From Alphaproteobacteria bacterium (GTDB lineage: Bacteria > Pseudomonadota > Alphaproteobacteria > RF32 > CAG-239): a stretch of DNA of 64,000 nt. The notes below the pieces were generated by a model. That model ran no database searches. It saw only the letters and a list, made by a program, of their open reading frames with translations, and was not told the origin of the DNA. The stretch lies in assembly GCA_048463395.1 (NCBI GenBank), contig DBFWPL010000019.1, positions 2,668 through 66,667 of the forward strand, read 5' to 3'. The number at the start of each line of letters is the position of its first letter. Position 1 is the first letter of the stretch. The position numbers were made by a program, and so were the translations under genes. Of the stretch, positions 1 to 8,109 are shown piece by piece.

Positions 1-515
1 GAAACATTGGAAGGCTTAAGGTCGACAATATAATGTCCGCATTTATGCAAGGCGGCCACCATGGAAGTAACGTTGTAAGCGGCATAAATCCGGTAAGCGT
101 ATTTTTCCGAGAGTTGAAGCTTTTTGCGAATGGCTTTTTGCATGAGGTGGTCAAGAGAAACGGCCTCGCTCATGTTGATAAGCGGCATGGAGTAGCCCAC
201 GCAAAATCCTTTCTCGTCCTCCAGAATGGCTTCCGGCCATGCGATTTGAACATATTCCACCCCGTCTTTAAGAGCCGGCGGAAAAACCGGACGGTTTAAC
301 AGCATGGCTTCCAGTTTTTGACGATTGGTGCTGCTTTTGCTCCGTTTATGAAAAATTTTGATAACGCTGTTCGGATGATTCCGGTTAAGGTAAATTTTTC
401 CGGCGGCACCGCCTTTGTTAATCAATTGCCCTAATTGAACTTTTTCAAAATGTCCGTCGCCGTAAATGGCGTTATAAAAAACCGGTTCCGTATTTTCCAT
501 TACATTTTGACCCAT
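1..515 (-). CDS. Ser/Thr protein kinase (Hanks-type), N-terminal portion; truncated by window start
   Basis: Minus-strand translation from ATG at 513-515 gives MGQNVMENTEPVFYN... It has a Gly-rich loop (KGGAAGKIY), VIKIF (AxK-like) and the catalytic loop HYIVDLKPSNV (DLKPxN). The frame is open to position 1. The start overlaps the stop of the upstream PP2C gene. Confidence 0.7.
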   Translation of the reverse strand, partial: MGQNVMENTEPVFYNAIYGDGHFEKVQLGQLINKGGAAGKIYLNRNHPNSVIKIFHKRSKSSTNRQKLEAMLLNRPVFPPALKDGVEYVQIAWPEAILEDEKGFCVGYSMPLINMSEAVSLDHLMQKAIRKKLQLSEKYAYRIYAAYNVTSMVAALHKCGHYIVDLKPSNV

Positions 516-1285
516 AAAAGCGTTTTGTCATCGGAATTAAGCTTTTTTGCTTTCGGAGTGTTAAACGTATTGTTCAACGCCCGAACGGCTTTGTTTTTGC
601 AGGGTTCGTTCAGCAAAAAATCATTAATCGGGAAAATAAAGCCTTTTTCCAACTTGGAAAAATCATTTGAGAAAGCAAAGTTTGTCAGTCCGTCGCTCAT
701 CAAAAAAACCGTGTCCGGATTTTCAAAACTGGTAAACCGCAGAAAATCCTTCCAGTCATCCATAGTGTAAAAAAACGTTTCACAGGCAAACAAACCGTTA
801 TGCGGGCGGGAAACGATAAATTCATTATTGCTCTCGGTGTTGATAGCTAAAGCGGCTCCGTCCCCGATATGGAAAAACAGTCCTTGTTTGCGGTTGGAAA
901 CATATCCGACGATTGTTGCCGCAAAATCGGTAATACCGTCTTCGTTTTTGGTTTTGTTCAAACGATGCCGGAGCAGTTTTCCTCTGGCGACCTCAATAGC
1001 CTCGAAAATTCTTTGGCGAATGGTTTTGAACGATGTGTTTTCCAACAAGTCAATCATTGTCTCGCAAATAATTCGGGCTCCGATTTTTCCGTATTTTGCG
1101 GAACCGGCACCGTCGGATACGACAGCCACGAAATTTTTGCCTTTATCGGAATAACGACAATAATCCTGACACGGCATTTGCTTGGTTTTATGCAAGGGAC
1201 CGATAATACTGGTTGCGACAACCTTTATATTTTTTTTCTTATTCTTCATCCCAATCGCCTGTATCTTCAAGTAAGTCCGGAACAT
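500..1285 (-). CDS. PP2C-family Ser/Thr protein phosphatase
   Basis: 261 aa. PP2C signature VVSDGAGSAKYG (DGxGG) plus later HIGDGAA and MSDGL acidic clusters. Overlaps the upstream vWA gene by 47 nt and the downstream kinase gene, indicating an operon. Confidence 0.75.
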   Translation of the reverse strand: MFRTYLKIQAIGMKNKKKNIKVVATSIIGPLHKTKQMPCQDYCRYSDKGKNFVAVVSDGAGSAKYGKIGARIICETMIDLLENTSFKTIRQRIFEAIEVARGKLLRHRLNKTKNEDGITDFAATIVGYVSNRKQGLFFHIGDGAALAINTESNNEFIVSRPHNGLFACETFFYTMDDWKDFLRFTSFENPDTVFLMSDGLTNFAFSNDFSKLEKGFIFPINDFLLNEPCKNKAVRALNNTFNTPKAKKLNSDDKTLLWVKM

Positions 1286-1925
1286 TCGGAGCAGCTTTGG
1301 AAATGCAGGAGACGCTGCGGCTGAGCCAGAGGAAAAACTCCGTAAACTTCAGTCCGGTCAGACGTTTGGGCGACATAAGGGAAAATTTTGCCAGCTTGTC
1401 AAGATTTGCTCCCTGAGTGCCGACGGCATGAACAACAACTTTTTTGTTTTGTTGGGCAAGACGGCATTTTTTTGCAATGATTTCCCAGTCATAATCGGTT
1501 GGTTCTCCGTCGCTGATTAAGAATATCCACGGGCGTTTGGAGGTAATGCCGCAACTGTCATAAAGACACTTTTGTTCTTCAATTTTTTGCAAAGCAAGTT
1601 CCATGGCTTTCCCGAGCGGGGTTAATCCGCCGGCTTCCATTGTCGGAGCGGTAAAATTCATGGCGTCAATCCAGTCGGAAGAAATAAGGGCTTCGTCTTT
1701 GCCGAAAGCTTTAATGATAAGGAGCTGCACTCTGGAGCTGGCGTCGATGTCTTCTTTGAGTTCTTTTTCAAGAGCCTTTAGTCCGGCGTTGAGCTGCTTA
1801 ATCGGTTCGCCCCGCATGGAGCCGGAACAATCAAGAACCAGCACGCACGGCGTTCTCTCGTTTGCATTATCGGCAAATTCGACATAGGGAATCATATCGT
1901 CTTGAAAATCATCATTAACAGCCAT
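1239..1925 (-). CDS. von Willebrand factor A (vWA) domain protein, TerY-like
   Basis: 228 aa. MIDAS motif VLVLDCSGSM (DxSxS) near the N-terminus and ISDGEPTD downstream. First gene of a vWA-PP2C-kinase triad. Confidence 0.75.
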   Translation of the reverse strand: MAVNDDFQDDMIPYVEFADNANERTPCVLVLDCSGSMRGEPIKQLNAGLKALEKELKEDIDASSRVQLLIIKAFGKDEALISSDWIDAMNFTAPTMEAGGLTPLGKAMELALQKIEEQKCLYDSCGITSKRPWIFLISDGEPTDYDWEIIAKKCRLAQQNKKVVVHAVGTQGANLDKLAKFSLMSPKRLTGLKFTEFFLWLSRSVSCISKAAPNVPDLLEDTGDWDEE

Positions 1926-1942
1926 AATAAACTCCTTGTTTT

Positions 1943-2077
1943 CTAACGTCTTGGATAATTATGAGGATATCCCGTTCCTTCCACGGGAGACGGGTTTGAC
2001 ATTTTTCCGCAGGCCGAAAGATGAATAACAGCGGCAAAAAGCAAGACGGCGGCAAAAGCTTTTATCAAATATTTCAT
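1943..2077 (-). CDS. small lipoprotein (44 aa)
   Basis: Manual translation gives MKYLIKAFAAVLLFAAVIHLSACGKMSNPSPVEGTGYPHNYPRR*. It has a signal peptide with lipobox LSAC. Below the 60-aa cutoff of the ORF track. Confidence 0.35.
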   Translation of the reverse strand: MKYLIKAFAAVLLFAAVIHLSACGKMSNPSPVEGTGYPHNYPRR

Positions 2078-2173
2078 TTTTCTTAACCTTTTCCTTGTAT
2101 CAGTAATAATAATACTTATATAGTACGAAAAGCGGGTAAATACAAAACTTAAAACTCAGTTATTAATAGGCTT

Positions 2174-2704
2174 ATGAAAAAAAAATTATACATATTTTTG
2201 TCTTTGCTGGTGTTTTTGTCCGGATATGCGGGAGCAGTCGCCGCAGCCTTAAATCTTTACGATTCTCCGCGGGATTTGCCTGGTAAAACGATTTATGACA
2301 ATAATAATAAAAAATTTAAATTGAGTGATTTCAAAGGTGATTTTGTTCTGGCGGTTTTCTGGTCCAGATATTGTGCACCCTGCCTCAGGGAAATGAAAGG
2401 ATTAAATGAGTTTGCCAATCAGACGAGAGGCGACGGCATACGGGTCATCATCATTTCTCCGTCGGGAGAATGGCAAACATCTGAAGAACGCGACCATTTG
2501 CTGGAAAAATTCCATGGCGGAGATTTGGAAAGCTTTGTCGATGTCAAAGGCGACGTTGCCGAAAGTTTGGGAATCTTCACTTCGCCGAATACGGTTCTGA
2601 TAAATAAGGAAGGCAAGGAAATCGGGCGTATTCGGGGAGCCGTGGAATGGGATGATGACGATGTCATCGAGTATATTTACAAAATCAAATCCCAGTACAA
2701 CTAA
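2174..2704 (+). CDS. TlpA/ResA-like thiol:disulfide oxidoreductase (thioredoxin fold), secreted
   Basis: 176 aa. N-terminal signal peptide (LSLLVFLSGYAGA). Thioredoxin-fold active site WSRYCAPCLREM (CxxC), AhpC/TSA/TlpA-like. Confidence 0.7.
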   Translation: MKKKLYIFLSLLVFLSGYAGAVAAALNLYDSPRDLPGKTIYDNNNKKFKLSDFKGDFVLAVFWSRYCAPCLREMKGLNEFANQTRGDGIRVIIISPSGEWQTSEERDHLLEKFHGGDLESFVDVKGDVAESLGIFTSPNTVLINKEGKEIGRIRGAVEWDDDDVIEYIYKIKSQYN

Positions 2705-2713
2705 GGAATAATC

Positions 2714-3142
2714 ATGACAAAAAAATTATATATAAATTGGGATGAATTTCATAATCATGCCAAAGAATTGTGTGAAAAAATCAAACAAAACGGAAAATAT
2801 AACAAAATTGTAGCTATCAGCCGCGGTGGTTTGATACCGGCGGGGATTTTGGCTTATGAACTGGATATCCGCAACTCTCAGGCGATTAACATCTCAAGTT
2901 ACGATGAAGATAAGCAGCGGAATGATGAAGATATTGAGATTTTCGGCAATGTCGGCGAGGTTGATGAAAAAACCCTGATAGTGGATGATTTGTCTGATAC
3001 GGGAAAGACTTTCCGTATCTTGCGGAAACTCTATCCGCAAGCAAAATATGTTGCGGTGTATGCAAAAGAAAAGGGACGTTCCGTGGTTGATATTTATGCC
3101 CGTTCCATGCCCGATGAGTGGATAGTTTTTCCTTGGGACTAA
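2714..3142 (+). CDS. gpt: xanthine-guanine phosphoribosyltransferase
   Basis: 142 aa, collinear with E. coli Gpt. Matching features are W-D-F, AISRGGLIPAG, the PRPP motif LIVDDLSDTGKT and the C-terminal WIVFPWD. Confidence 0.9.
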   Translation: MTKKLYINWDEFHNHAKELCEKIKQNGKYNKIVAISRGGLIPAGILAYELDIRNSQAINISSYDEDKQRNDEDIEIFGNVGEVDEKTLIVDDLSDTGKTFRILRKLYPQAKYVAVYAKEKGRSVVDIYARSMPDEWIVFPWD

Positions 3143-3146
3143 AAAA

Positions 3147-3177
3147 ATATCCCGAATATTTCGGGATATTTTTTTGC
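3147..3177. terminator. bidirectional rho-independent terminator (between gpt and the PilT-like ATPase gene)
   Basis: atatcccgaatatttcgggatat hairpin flanked by an A-run upstream and a T-run downstream. Confidence 0.7.
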
Positions 3178-3192
3178 TGAGTTATTCTGAAA

Positions 3193-4155
3193 TTACAAAT
3201 CCGGAAACATATTCATCCCGCGGGATAAGCGGGTCATTTGCGTTTCAATTGACGTCGCCAGATTAAGCTTGCCGCCCTTGATAATGCCGCGGACTTGGTC
3301 GCCTTTGGTGCTGACAGGGTTGGCAAACAGGAAGCTGACAGCCGGTATTTTGTGTTCAAAACCGTGCAGACTCTGGTGTAAAACGCCTAACATACCGCGA
3401 GAAAACAGGTCATAAGCCAACTCTTCGCTCATAGTGGTAGAGGCAGCGTATTTAACCACAGAGTTAATGGCGTCGGTAATATTGTTGGCGTGAATGGTAG
3501 AAAGTACCAGGTGGCCGGAGGTTGCGGCTCTCAAAACTTCGCTGGCCGTTTCCGGCGTACGGATTTCTCCGACCAGAATATATCGAGGTTTGGAACGCAG
3601 GGCGGATTTTAACCCTTCTCCCCAGTTTCCCTGAGGCGGCTGGGTTTGTTTGCATAATCCCAACCCGCCGGCAACGGAGTGATAAACGCCGTCGAGAGGC
3701 ATTTCGGTCGGATCTTCAATCGTGTAAGCAAAACCGCCTTGCAAGGTCAGATATTCTTTTAACAAACTGGAGATAGCTGTGGTTTTTCCGGCTCCGGTCG
3801 GTCCGGCCCAGAGAATAAGGCCGGAAGCCGTTGAAAGCGACAGTAAGTATTGAGCCAATTCCGGCGGAAAGCCCAAAGCTCCGAACGGAGGAACTTTCTT
3901 TGGCATTTTTCGGGCACAATATTGAACGCCATAAATGGACATAGTTCGTTCCACGCGATAGAACACGTCATCATAAAGCAAAGAGTAACTTGGGTTTTGT
4001 TTATCCCAGCCGTTTTCTAAAATCTGATAGAAAATTTCAAAATCTTCGGCAGATAAAACGGCCAGTCCGTTTGCTGTTCTGTTATCGGGAATATAAGCAG
4101 TTCTGTCCGGCGTAATGTAAATATCGGAGAACGGCACATCGTTAATTTTAACCAT
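3193..4155 (-). CDS. PilT/BfpF-like secretion ATPase (short, retraction-type)
   Basis: 320 aa. Walker A GPTGAGKTT, Asp/Walker B ILVGEIR, His box LSTIHAN. Lacks the long N-terminal domain and Zn-tetracysteine of GspE-type ATPases. Confidence 0.7.
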   Translation of the reverse strand: MVKINDVPFSDIYITPDRTAYIPDNRTANGLAVLSAEDFEIFYQILENGWDKQNPSYSLLYDDVFYRVERTMSIYGVQYCARKMPKKVPPFGALGFPPELAQYLLSLSTASGLILWAGPTGAGKTTAISSLLKEYLTLQGGFAYTIEDPTEMPLDGVYHSVAGGLGLCKQTQPPQGNWGEGLKSALRSKPRYILVGEIRTPETASEVLRAATSGHLVLSTIHANNITDAINSVVKYAASTTMSEELAYDLFSRGMLGVLHQSLHGFEHKIPAVSFLFANPVSTKGDQVRGIIKGGKLNLATSIETQMTRLSRGMNMFPDL

Positions 4156-4247
4156 AGAAGCCTCATATGTAAAAGATAATCCTGAGTATAACTTACGCTC
4201 TATGTCTTAAAAAATATTAAAGTTTATAGTAATATCAAAAAAACATT

Positions 4248-5699
4248 TTGATTTTTGGAAAAAATATGTTTAGAAAACTGACTTTTTTGTTGTTATTGAG
4301 TTTGGAACCGGTCTGGTTTCATTTTTGTTTGTTTCCGCAGAACGGATTTTCCGAGCTTTCGGCTTTTATAATCTTTGTGCAGGGAATTGCACTGTTTTTA
4401 TTGCTCTTAACGTTGGAAAAACTTCCCGTTGCCGTGTTTCTCTCGTTAGAAAGCCTGTTTTTTCTGATTTTGATTGCTTATCACAAATATTATGCCGATC
4501 CGCTGAGCTTGTCGGCTATGATTGGACAAATCAACGAGGCGGGAACTTTTGCTGCCAAATCCCCGTTCAGCTTGTTTAACCGGTACAGTGCGATTGTTTT
4601 TGTTCTTTATCTGCTCAAAGTCGGGTTTGTGTGGAAATATTATCAGCCCTTTTCGGATGTGTGGATAATAAGGGGCGGAATAGCAGCTCTTTTGATTCTT
4701 TTTGTTTTCCTGACCCATGGAAATTATGGCCGGCAATGGTTTTCCATTAACGATTTCAAACGTTATGTCCGTGAGTTGGGATATCCGCAAGGGTGGTGGT
4801 ATGAGGCGATGATGGCCTGGGATAAAAGAGCCATGGAGCAGGAAATTTTAAGCAATGCGGCTTTGCCCGAACCGGAACTGAATGATGATTTTAAGCAGAT
4901 TAAACCAACGAAGAACATATTTATCATACAAGTGGAAAGCTTGGATTATGAAGGGGTGTTTAAAAAGATAAACGAAAAGGAGGTTATGCCTTTTCTCAAG
5001 TCTCTTCGGGATAAAAGCTTGTTTTATACCCTGCTTCCGCATGATAAGAAAGCTTCAGCCAATTCTGACTTTACGATGTTGACCGGTACTTCAGTATATG
5101 ACGATACCTATTCGGCAATTTATATGTTGCTGTTACCGTCGGTTTATGAACAAATAGAAACCGTTCCGCAGCTGTTGAAGGAAAAAGGCTGGCATACCGC
5201 TTTTTATCACGGTTATAAAGGGTGGTTTTTCAATCGTGAAGAACACATAAAAGGAATGGGTTTTGACGAGGTGTTTTTTGAAGATACGCTCCCTTTGACA
5301 ACCTCCAAAGGAGAATGGGGCTTTGATGATAAAGACTTGTTTACGCATGTTTTAAAAACACAAACGAATAAAAAGAACTTTAATTTTATGATTACGGTCA
5401 GTTCTCACGAAAGTTTCAACATAGGAACAACGCATAAGACAGTTGTTGCTGAGCCACAAACCTTGGCAGACAAGTATTTTAATGCCTTAAATTATGTGGA
5501 TGAGGCCTTACGGATGTTAGTAGACGGAGCTCCGGAAGATAGTTTGTTTATCATTTATTCCGACCACCACAGCGGCATAACCGAAGACAAAAGAACGGTT
5601 TTTCTGGTTTATGGCAAAAATCAACAGCTTCACCTTGAACGGGAAACGGAATTTAACGGTCTTCCGCCACAGGTAAAAACTTTATTGAGAAGTTTTTAG
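4248..5699 (+). CDS. polytopic membrane protein with alkaline-phosphatase/sulfatase-superfamily domain (LtaS/EptA/PptA-like phosphotransferase)
   Basis: 483 aa. N-terminal region has about 5 TM helices. The C-terminal domain has MLTGTSVYDDTY, SSHESFN and YSDHHSG motifs typical of the sulfatase/phosphoglycerol-transferase family. The table start is a TTG at 4248; an ATG at 4266 is an alternative. Confidence 0.6.
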   Translation: MIFGKNMFRKLTFLLLLSLEPVWFHFCLFPQNGFSELSAFIIFVQGIALFLLLLTLEKLPVAVFLSLESLFFLILIAYHKYYADPLSLSAMIGQINEAGTFAAKSPFSLFNRYSAIVFVLYLLKVGFVWKYYQPFSDVWIIRGGIAALLILFVFLTHGNYGRQWFSINDFKRYVRELGYPQGWWYEAMMAWDKRAMEQEILSNAALPEPELNDDFKQIKPTKNIFIIQVESLDYEGVFKKINEKEVMPFLKSLRDKSLFYTLLPHDKKASANSDFTMLTGTSVYDDTYSAIYMLLLPSVYEQIETVPQLLKEKGWHTAFYHGYKGWFFNREEHIKGMGFDEVFFEDTLPLTTSKGEWGFDDKDLFTHVLKTQTNKKNFNFMITVSSHESFNIGTTHKTVVAEPQTLADKYFNALNYVDEALRMLVDGAPEDSLFIIYSDHHSGITEDKRTVFLVYGKNQQLHLERETEFNGLPPQVKTLLRSF

Positions 5700-5939
5700 G
5701 GATAAAAACACATCATCAGATAAGTCTATATAAAATACAATAATTAAACTTATAATAAAATAAGCCTAAATAAGTTTAATAATCAGTAAAAAATTAAACT
5801 TATTTTCTGGATCTATTGAGGTACTGGAGGCTTATGAACTGTTCAAATTCAGGGGAAGTTCATTCCGTACGGGGTAAGAATAAAAAAAGAACCTCATAAA
5901 GAGGCTCTTTTTGATTGAAGCAATGTAGTCTTTCTTGGA

Positions 5940-6569
5940 TTATTGGTATCTCCAAGAGATAGAACATGTTGGTTGGGTATCACAGTTACAAACAGTAGCA
6001 GCCTGAGACAAAGCAACCGGTAAGTCTGTTGTAACAGTTCCTGTATTATAAGTATAATATGTTGGAACAACCGTGTCTGAGGTAGCAGCAGCATTGCTGA
6101 CGGCCATACCGACCAAACCTGAAGCTGCACCGGTACCCCAGTCAGCCGTTGCAATGGAAACACAAGCTTCTTGGCTCAGGCCGTTATACGTAATTTGAAA
6201 GGCTTTGTTTGCGTAAACTCCAGATCCTGCACCGGCCGCAACGTTACCGGCAGCGGAAGCAATATTAACCTCGCCGTTGAAAGCGTTAACGATTTTGGAT
6301 GCAGAAGAATACATCTCGTTCGGGATAATACCAAAGTTAATGGCAGTTGCGTTAGTCAAACCGCTGTAGTTTCTCTGACCGGAATACAAAGTTCTGATGT
6401 TGGCAACCAACATGGAAACCTGATCCATGGTCTTGTTGATTTTGAACTTGGTCATTGCTTTTGAATAACCGGCGATACCGCCCACGGACAAAACGCCGAT
6501 GATGGCGAGCACGCCCAGCATTTCCACCATTGAACGACCGCTCTGGTCATTTTTATATAAATTTGTCAT
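5940..6569 (-). CDS. type IV (IVb-like) prepilin, paralog 1
   Basis: 209 aa. Leader MTNLYKNDQSG followed by RSMVEMLGVLAIIGVLSVGGIAGY, a hydrophobic N-terminal helix with Glu at +5 after the Gly (class III signal peptide). C-terminal Cys pair CNCDTQPTCSISWRYQ. RBS aggagaggag upstream. Confidence 0.7.
   Translation of the reverse strand: MTNLYKNDQSGRSMVEMLGVLAIIGVLSVGGIAGYSKAMTKFKINKTMDQVSMLVANIRTLYSGQRNYSGLTNATAINFGIIPNEMYSSASKIVNAFNGEVNIASAAGNVAAGAGSGVYANKAFQITYNGLSQEACVSIATADWGTGAASGLVGMAVSNAAATSDTVVPTYYTYNTGTVTTDLPVALSQAATVCNCDTQPTCSISWRYQ
6262..6560. repeat. ~300-bp near-identical direct repeat (copy 1), 5' half of pilin gene
   Basis: The sequence ...gttaacgattttggatgcagaagaatacatctcgttcgggataataccaaagttaat... 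and flanking DNA recur at 7133-7430. The encoded proteins are identical over about 100 residues. Confidence 0.8.
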
Positions 6570-6823
6570 TGCTCCTCTCCTTATAAAATCTTTTGCTAAA
6601 TTCCTTAGCAGTTTGCTTATACCTTAATCATAAAAGATTTATATTTACTTAACAATTCTGTCTTTAGGCATAATTTTATTTTTTTGATTATAACTTTTTG
6701 CATAAGGTCATATATCCAACTTCTGTTTTTTATATAATGAGTTTGTTTATTTTGCAATAAATGTTTTGCATTGGGGAAATCTTGCCTGATACCCGTTTAA
6801 CCCAAATAAATTGTCATGCAAAA

Positions 6824-7438
6824 CTATTGATAACGCCAAACAACGGAACATGACGGGGAGTTTTCACAGGCACATTTGGCGGCCGCTTGCGGCAAAACGA
6901 TAGGTAAATCAGTCTCAGCAGCTTTGTTATAGGTCGTATAGTTAGGCACAGTTGCCGAACTGCTCTCCGAACCGGATAAGTACATTCCCTCCAAACCGGA
7001 GGCGGCACCGCTTCCCCAATCCGCCGTACCTATGGTAACACAGGCCTCACGGCTCAGTCCGTTGTAGACGATTTGGAAGGACCTGTTTGTTTTGGTGCCG
7101 TTAGTGGCATTCAAGCTGTCTGCCGTAGAGATGATAACCTCGCCGTTGAAAGCGTTAACGATTTTGGATGCAGAAGAATACATCTCGTTCGGGATAATAC
7201 CAAAGTTAATAGCAGTTGCGTTAGTCAAACCGCTGTAGTTTCTCTGACCGGAATACAAAGTTCTGATGTTGGCAACCAACATGGAAACCTGATCCATGGT
7301 TTTGTTGATTTTGAATTTGGTCATCGCCTTTGAATAACCGGCGATACCGCCCACGGACAAAACGCCGATGATGGCGAGCACGCCCAGCATTTCCACCATT
7401 GAACGACCGTCTTGATTGTCTCTACACATTCTTTTCAC
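6824..7438 (-). CDS. type IV (IVb-like) prepilin, paralog 2
   Basis: Same leader and N-terminal roughly 105 aa as paralog 1, with a divergent C-terminus ending CACENSPSCSVVWRYQ. A GTG at 7436-7438 with GGAGG 6 nt upstream gives MKRMCRDNQDG + RSMVEML. The ORF track extends further upstream to 7468. Confidence 0.65.
   Translation of the reverse strand: MKRMCRDNQDGRSMVEMLGVLAIIGVLSVGGIAGYSKAMTKFKINKTMDQVSMLVANIRTLYSGQRNYSGLTNATAINFGIIPNEMYSSASKIVNAFNGEVIISTADSLNATNGTKTNRSFQIVYNGLSREACVTIGTADWGSGAASGLEGMYLSGSESSSATVPNYTTYNKAAETDLPIVLPQAAAKCACENSPSCSVVWRYQ
7133..7430. repeat. ~300-bp near-identical direct repeat (copy 2), 5' half of second pilin gene
   Basis: See copy 1. Confidence 0.8.
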
Positions 7439-7533
7439 GTTTAACCTCCAACACCCAAATAACTCCACACTTCCAGATTGAACGATTTTTTATTGTTTTT
7501 CAATTATGTCTTTAGTCATAATCATAAAAAAAC

Positions 7534-8109
7534 TTATTCAAAAGTCCATAATAGAATGTTCTTTTTTCCGCAATGCCTGCCGGCGTCTTCTCCGGTTATC
7601 GGAAGCTTATTTTCTCCCCCCCAAGAGAATACCGTTTGCTGCTTTTCGCTGAGAATTGTAATACTCAAAAGTCCCAAAGACTGGTTTTCGGTGAATTGAA
7701 ATTCCGCCAGTTGTTCACATTCTGTTTTATCTAAATCCGCATAAGCAATATCAAAACTTCTCGCCCCCGGCATAACAATTCCGCCGTCAGCCCCTTGTCC
7801 GACAAGAACCTGCTTTCCTAAAGCATTAAACATCTTCCCGCCGTTCTCAATAAAATACGGCGTGAGATTGTTTTTTAGAACGCTGTCTGTGCTCAACCCC
7901 CAATACCCCGGTCGATTTCGATAAAACTTTCTGATACCCTCCGCAGCGGATATGACTTCTCGGGCTGCCACGGCGATTTTCGGATTTGGACGGGAAAGCC
8001 AAACAATTGTTCCGATTATAATAACTGTTGCAACTAATCCGCTGACGGCAATTTTCAGGTTAATCCGTTGTTTCAAAGTCTTCAGAAGTTTTTTTGCTTT
8101 TTCGAACAT
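7534..8109 (-). CDS. hypothetical bitopic membrane protein in the pilus operon
   Basis: 191 aa. One N-terminal TM (IAVSGLVATVIIIGTIVWL) and a periplasmic remainder. Overlaps the upstream GspF-like gene by 1 nt. No recognisable pilin cleavage motif. Confidence 0.35.
   Translation of the reverse strand: MFEKAKKLLKTLKQRINLKIAVSGLVATVIIIGTIVWLSRPNPKIAVAAREVISAAEGIRKFYRNRPGYWGLSTDSVLKNNLTPYFIENGGKMFNALGKQVLVGQGADGGIVMPGARSFDIAYADLDKTECEQLAEFQFTENQSLGLLSITILSEKQQTVFSWGGENKLPITGEDAGRHCGKKNILLWTFE

Noticed and set aside
33-1324. Plus-strand ORFs (33-299, 435-770, 828-1154, 869-1324, 1213-1416) overlapping the kinase/PP2C/vWA genes
   Set aside because: They lie antisense to well-supported minus-strand genes with clear catalytic motifs. 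No RBS or domain signal. Shadow ORFs.
7534-8109. Calling the 191-aa ORF a third (minor) pilin or the prepilin peptidase
   Set aside because: It has one N-terminal TM but no G/(F,M)xxxE class-III cleavage motif. It is not polytopic and has no Asp-box, so it is neither peptidase nor pilin. Left as hypothetical.
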